Shown here piece by piece: positions 61,325 to 64,000 of a stretch of 64,000 bases of DNA. The position numbers and the translations under genes are program-made. Where the stretch lies: assembly GCA_963748215.1 (NCBI GenBank), contig CAVVHS010000005.1, positions 64,001 through 128,000 on the forward strand, written 5' to 3'. The notes beneath the pieces are model-generated. The model was not told where the DNA came from and did no database searches. It saw only the letters and a program-made list of their open reading frames with translations. This DNA comes from an uncultured Gammaproteobacteria bacterium. Its GTDB lineage: Bacteria > Pseudomonadota > Gammaproteobacteria > UBA9214. Every line of letters begins with the position of its first letter. Within the stretch, counting starts at the first letter, position 1.

Positions 61325-62272
61325 ATGTCGTCCCGCCAGCACACCCCGCCACAGCCTGCCACACCCGCCAGCACTGACAGCACCGACGCCCTGCCGCGCA
61401 ACGGCCTGGTAATCGTCAACTACGGCAAGAATCTGCTGGTGGAAGATGCCGCCGGCGAACTGTTTCTGTGTACCTCGCGGCGTGGCATCGGTGCACCGGT
61501 GTGCGGCGACCGCGTCCGCTGGCTGCGCAGCGGCGACAGCGCCGGCGTGGTCGAGGCCATCGACGAGCGCCGCACGCTGCTGGCGCGCGCCGTCGGCAAC
61601 AGCCACAGCAAGCCGCTGGCAGCCAACATCGACCAGGTCATCATCGAGGCCGCGACCGAGCCCTCATTCGACAGTTTCCTGATCGACAAGTACACCATCG
61701 CCGCCGAACTGGCCGGCACCACGCCGCTCATCGTCATCAACAAGTGCGACCTGCTGACCGAAGAGGTGCGCCGCGACATCGATGCCCTGCTGGAGGAATA
61801 CCGCGTCATCGGCTACCGCTGCCTGTTCACCAGCGCCAAGCTGAACACCGGCATCGAGGTCTTCCGCGCAGAGCTCGCGCAACGGACCAGTATCCTGGTC
61901 GGACAGTCCGGCGTGGGCAAGTCCTCGCTGATCAAGCGGCTGCTGCCGGCACTGGACATCACCACCGGCAAACTGTCGGCGGCCTCCGGCCAGGGCAAGC
62001 ACACCACCACTGCCACCACGCTCTATCACCTGCCGGGCGGCGGCAGCCTCATCGATTCACCCGGCGTGCGCGATTTCCATCTCGGCAAGGTCGACCCCGC
62101 CGTGCTCGGCACGGGCTTCCGCGAATTTCACCCGTGGCTCGGACAGTGCCGCTTCCGGGATTGCCTGCACCGCGACGAACCGGGCTGCGCGCTCGAGGTC
62201 GCCCTTGAGCGGGGCGAAATCAGCGCCCGGCGTATGGAGAGCTACCGGCGACTGCTGGAGCTGTATATGTAG
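61325..62272 (+). CDS. rsgA: Small ribosomal subunit biogenesis GTPase RsgA
   Basis: NKCD, GQSGVGKSS, GKHTTT, DSPG, CRFRDCLHRDEPGC. Confidence 0.96.
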   Translation: MSSRQHTPPQPATPASTDSTDALPRNGLVIVNYGKNLLVEDAAGELFLCTSRRGIGAPVCGDRVRWLRSGDSAGVVEAIDERRTLLARAVGNSHSKPLAANIDQVIIEAATEPSFDSFLIDKYTIAAELAGTTPLIVINKCDLLTEEVRRDIDALLEEYRVIGYRCLFTSAKLNTGIEVFRAELAQRTSILVGQSGVGKSSLIKRLLPALDITTGKLSAASGQGKHTTTATTLYHLPGGGSLIDSPGVRDFHLGKVDPAVLGTGFREFHPWLGQCRFRDCLHRDEPGCALEVALERGEISARRMESYRRLLELYM

Positions 62273-62312
62273 TGACGTACAAGACCTCGCGCTCTCCGCA
62301 AGATAGTGTTTT

Positions 62313-62657
62313 TCAACCCGGCGGCCACAGCATCGGGCGGCCACCCAGCAGGTGCAGGTGAATGTGATATACCGACTGGCCCGCACCCGGGTTGCAGTTC
62401 ATCACCATGCGGTAACCGGGGTCCGCGATACCCTCGTCGGCAGCCACCTGTTTCGCCGCCAGATACAGCTTACCGACCACGTCCGACGTGGTTTCATCCA
62501 GGTCGTTGGTGGTCGCGATGTGCTGCTTAGGGATCACCAGCACGTGGGTCGGGGCCTGCGGGTTGACATCGCGGAATGCCAGCACCGCATCGTCCTCGAA
62601 CACCACGTCCGGCTTGATCTCGCCGGCCACCATCTTGCAGAACAGACAATCAGACAT
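62313..62657 (-). CDS. hinT: HIT family nucleotide-binding protein (HinT-like)
   Basis: CLFCK, DVNPQAPTHVLVIP, QSVYHIHLHLLGGR. Confidence 0.92.
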   Translation of the reverse strand: MSDCLFCKMVAGEIKPDVVFEDDAVLAFRDVNPQAPTHVLVIPKQHIATTNDLDETTSDVVGKLYLAAKQVAADEGIADPGYRMVMNCNPGAGQSVYHIHLHLLGGRPMLWPPG

Positions 62658-62724
62658 GCTTGCACCTCTTATTGAATTCGATTAGCCACGGAAACACACT
62701 GCGACGTGAGACGTTTCACCGGCC

Positions 62725-63321
62725 CTAGATCTCCTGCCGTCCGGCGAAGGCGTGCGACAGGGTGCCGCTGTCGATGTACTCGAGCTCGCCGCCCATCGGC
62801 ACGCCGTGCGCGATGCGGGTCGTGCGTACCCCGTAGGCGTGTGCCAGCTCGCTGAGGAAATGCGCGGTGGCCTCGCCCTCGACGGTGGGATTGGTGGCCA
62901 GGATCAGCTCCTTTACCCCGCCGCCGGCCAGCCGCGCCTCCAGCATGTCCAGCCCGAGCTGTTCCGGACCGATGCCGTCCAGCGGTGACAGGTGGCCCAG
63001 CAGCACGAAATACAGGCCCTGGTAGCCGGTGGACTGTTCCAGCGCCTGCACGTCGGCCGGCGTCTCCACCACGCACAACAGGCTACGATCGCGCCTGACA
63101 TTGGCACACAGGTTACACACCGGTTCCTCGCTGAGCGTGCGGCACTCGCTGCAGTTACCGACGCGCTCCATCGCCAGGCTCAACGCCTCGGCCAGCCGGC
63201 GGCCGCCATCGCGGTTGTGTTCGAGCAGGTGGAAGGCCATGCGCTGGGCCGATTTCGGCCCCACGCCGGGCAGGCAACGCAGGTTTTCGATCAGTCGCCC
63301 GATCAGGCGCGAGGTCGTCAT
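62725..63321 (-). CDS. recR: Recombination mediator RecR
   Basis: [12 protein letters not shown]4 zinc finger, [18 protein letters not shown]. Confidence 0.97.
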   Translation of the reverse strand: MTTSRLIGRLIENLRCLPGVGPKSAQRMAFHLLEHNRDGGRRLAEALSLAMERVGNCSECRTLSEEPVCNLCANVRRDRSLLCVVETPADVQALEQSTGYQGLYFVLLGHLSPLDGIGPEQLGLDMLEARLAGGGVKELILATNPTVEGEATAHFLSELAHAYGVRTTRIAHGVPMGGELEYIDSGTLSHAFAGRQEI

Positions 63322-63457
63322 GAAGACACTACAAGCCCGAATCTTGCACCCGTGGGCCGCGGGCAGACTGGCAGCCAACCGGGTAAAGCGAGTGATTCGT
63401 TCATGATTCTGCCAATTTTCATAGCACAGTGTGTTATTGGCCCGCGACCTGGCCTGG

Positions 63458-63781
63458 CTAGAACGGCAGTTTCATGCCGGGCGGCAGGTTGAGCCCGGCG
63501 GTCAATCCGGTCATGTGTTCCTTGGTGAGGCTCTCGACGCGGTGCACGGCATCGTTGACGGCCGCGGCCACCAGGTCCTCCAGCATGTCCTTGTCCTCGC
63601 CGACCAGGCTGTCGTCGATGCTGACGCGGCGCACCTCGTGCTTGCCCGTCATGGTGACCTTGACCATCCCGCCGCCGGACTCGCCGGTCACCTCGAGACT
63701 GGCCAGCTCTTCCTGGGCGCGCTGCATGTTGGCCTGCATCTCCTGCGCCTGTTTCATCAGGTTTCCCAATCCGCCTTTCAT
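63458..63781 (-). CDS. ybaB: YbaB/EbfC nucleoid-associated protein
   Basis: [35 protein letters not shown]. Confidence 0.95.
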   Translation of the reverse strand: MKGGLGNLMKQAQEMQANMQRAQEELASLEVTGESGGGMVKVTMTGKHEVRRVSIDDSLVGEDKDMLEDLVAAAVNDAVHRVESLTKEHMTGLTAGLNLPPGMKLPF

Positions 63782-63837
63782 AGCTTCACCTCGACATCAT
63801 GTAGTTAAGAATTGGTCACGGACCGCGCCGTCCGGCG

Positions 63838-63999
63838 TCAGTCCCGTGGCCGGATCGTTTCCTCGGACACAGTCGCACCGAAGGTATCCTGCAGGGTCTT
63901 GACGTTGTCGTCGGTCCGGATCGAATCCACCGCGCGTTGCTGGCGCTCCGACTGCTCGCGCGCCTGGCGCTGGGCCGGCGATTCCTTCTGCAGCTGCTT
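63838..63999 (-). CDS. dnaX: DNA polymerase III gamma/tau, C-terminal end (partial)
   Basis: ...ESPAQRQ...DDNVKTLQDTFGATVSEETIRPRD*; dnaX-ybaB-recR synteny. Confidence 0.8.
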   Translation of the reverse strand, partial: KQLQKESPAQRQAREQSERQQRAVDSIRTDDNVKTLQDTFGATVSEETIRPRD

Positions 64000-64000
64000 C

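Overview
A GC-rich gammaproteobacterial chromosome segment, probably from a sulfur-storing, Chromatiales-like organism, judged from an SgpA/B-type sulfur-globule gene. Most of the window is core genome: rpsF-rpsR-DUF2232-rplI-dnaB-alr; rnr-rlmB; tRNA-Leu(CAG); nnr-tsaE-amiB-mutL-miaA-hfq-hflXKC-yjeT-hisZ-purA; queG; rsmI/lpoA-yraN-dolP; trhO; ndk-rlmN-pilW-rodZ-hisS-yfgM-bamB-der; iscR-iscS-iscA-hscB-hscA-fdx-iscX; glcDEF-rhdA; orn; Ste24 peptidase-cytochrome c-PCD-rsgA; hinT-recR-ybaB-dnaX. Main departures from the ordinary: (1) several short hairpin repeat families (25-51 nt) nested inside each other and inside GTAG/CGTC REPs, at recurring target motifs and without target duplications, many carrying CsrA/RsmA-like ANGGA loops; (2) an isc operon lacking iscU but keeping hscBA; (3) a methanotroph-type mcl-mtkAB cluster between iscX and ndk, close to glcDEF; (4) a pentaheme cytochrome c with a JDVT-CTERM-like tail behind a strong Fur box; (5) truncated rodZ with ispG absent, and diaA/gmhA absent; (6) an A/T-richer islet with two truncated gene fragments, the sulfur-globule gene and an EAL/HDOD gene; (7) a frameshift in glcE. 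No CRISPR array, rRNA, transposase or integrase was seen. All calls rest on motif recognition and synteny; no searches were run.
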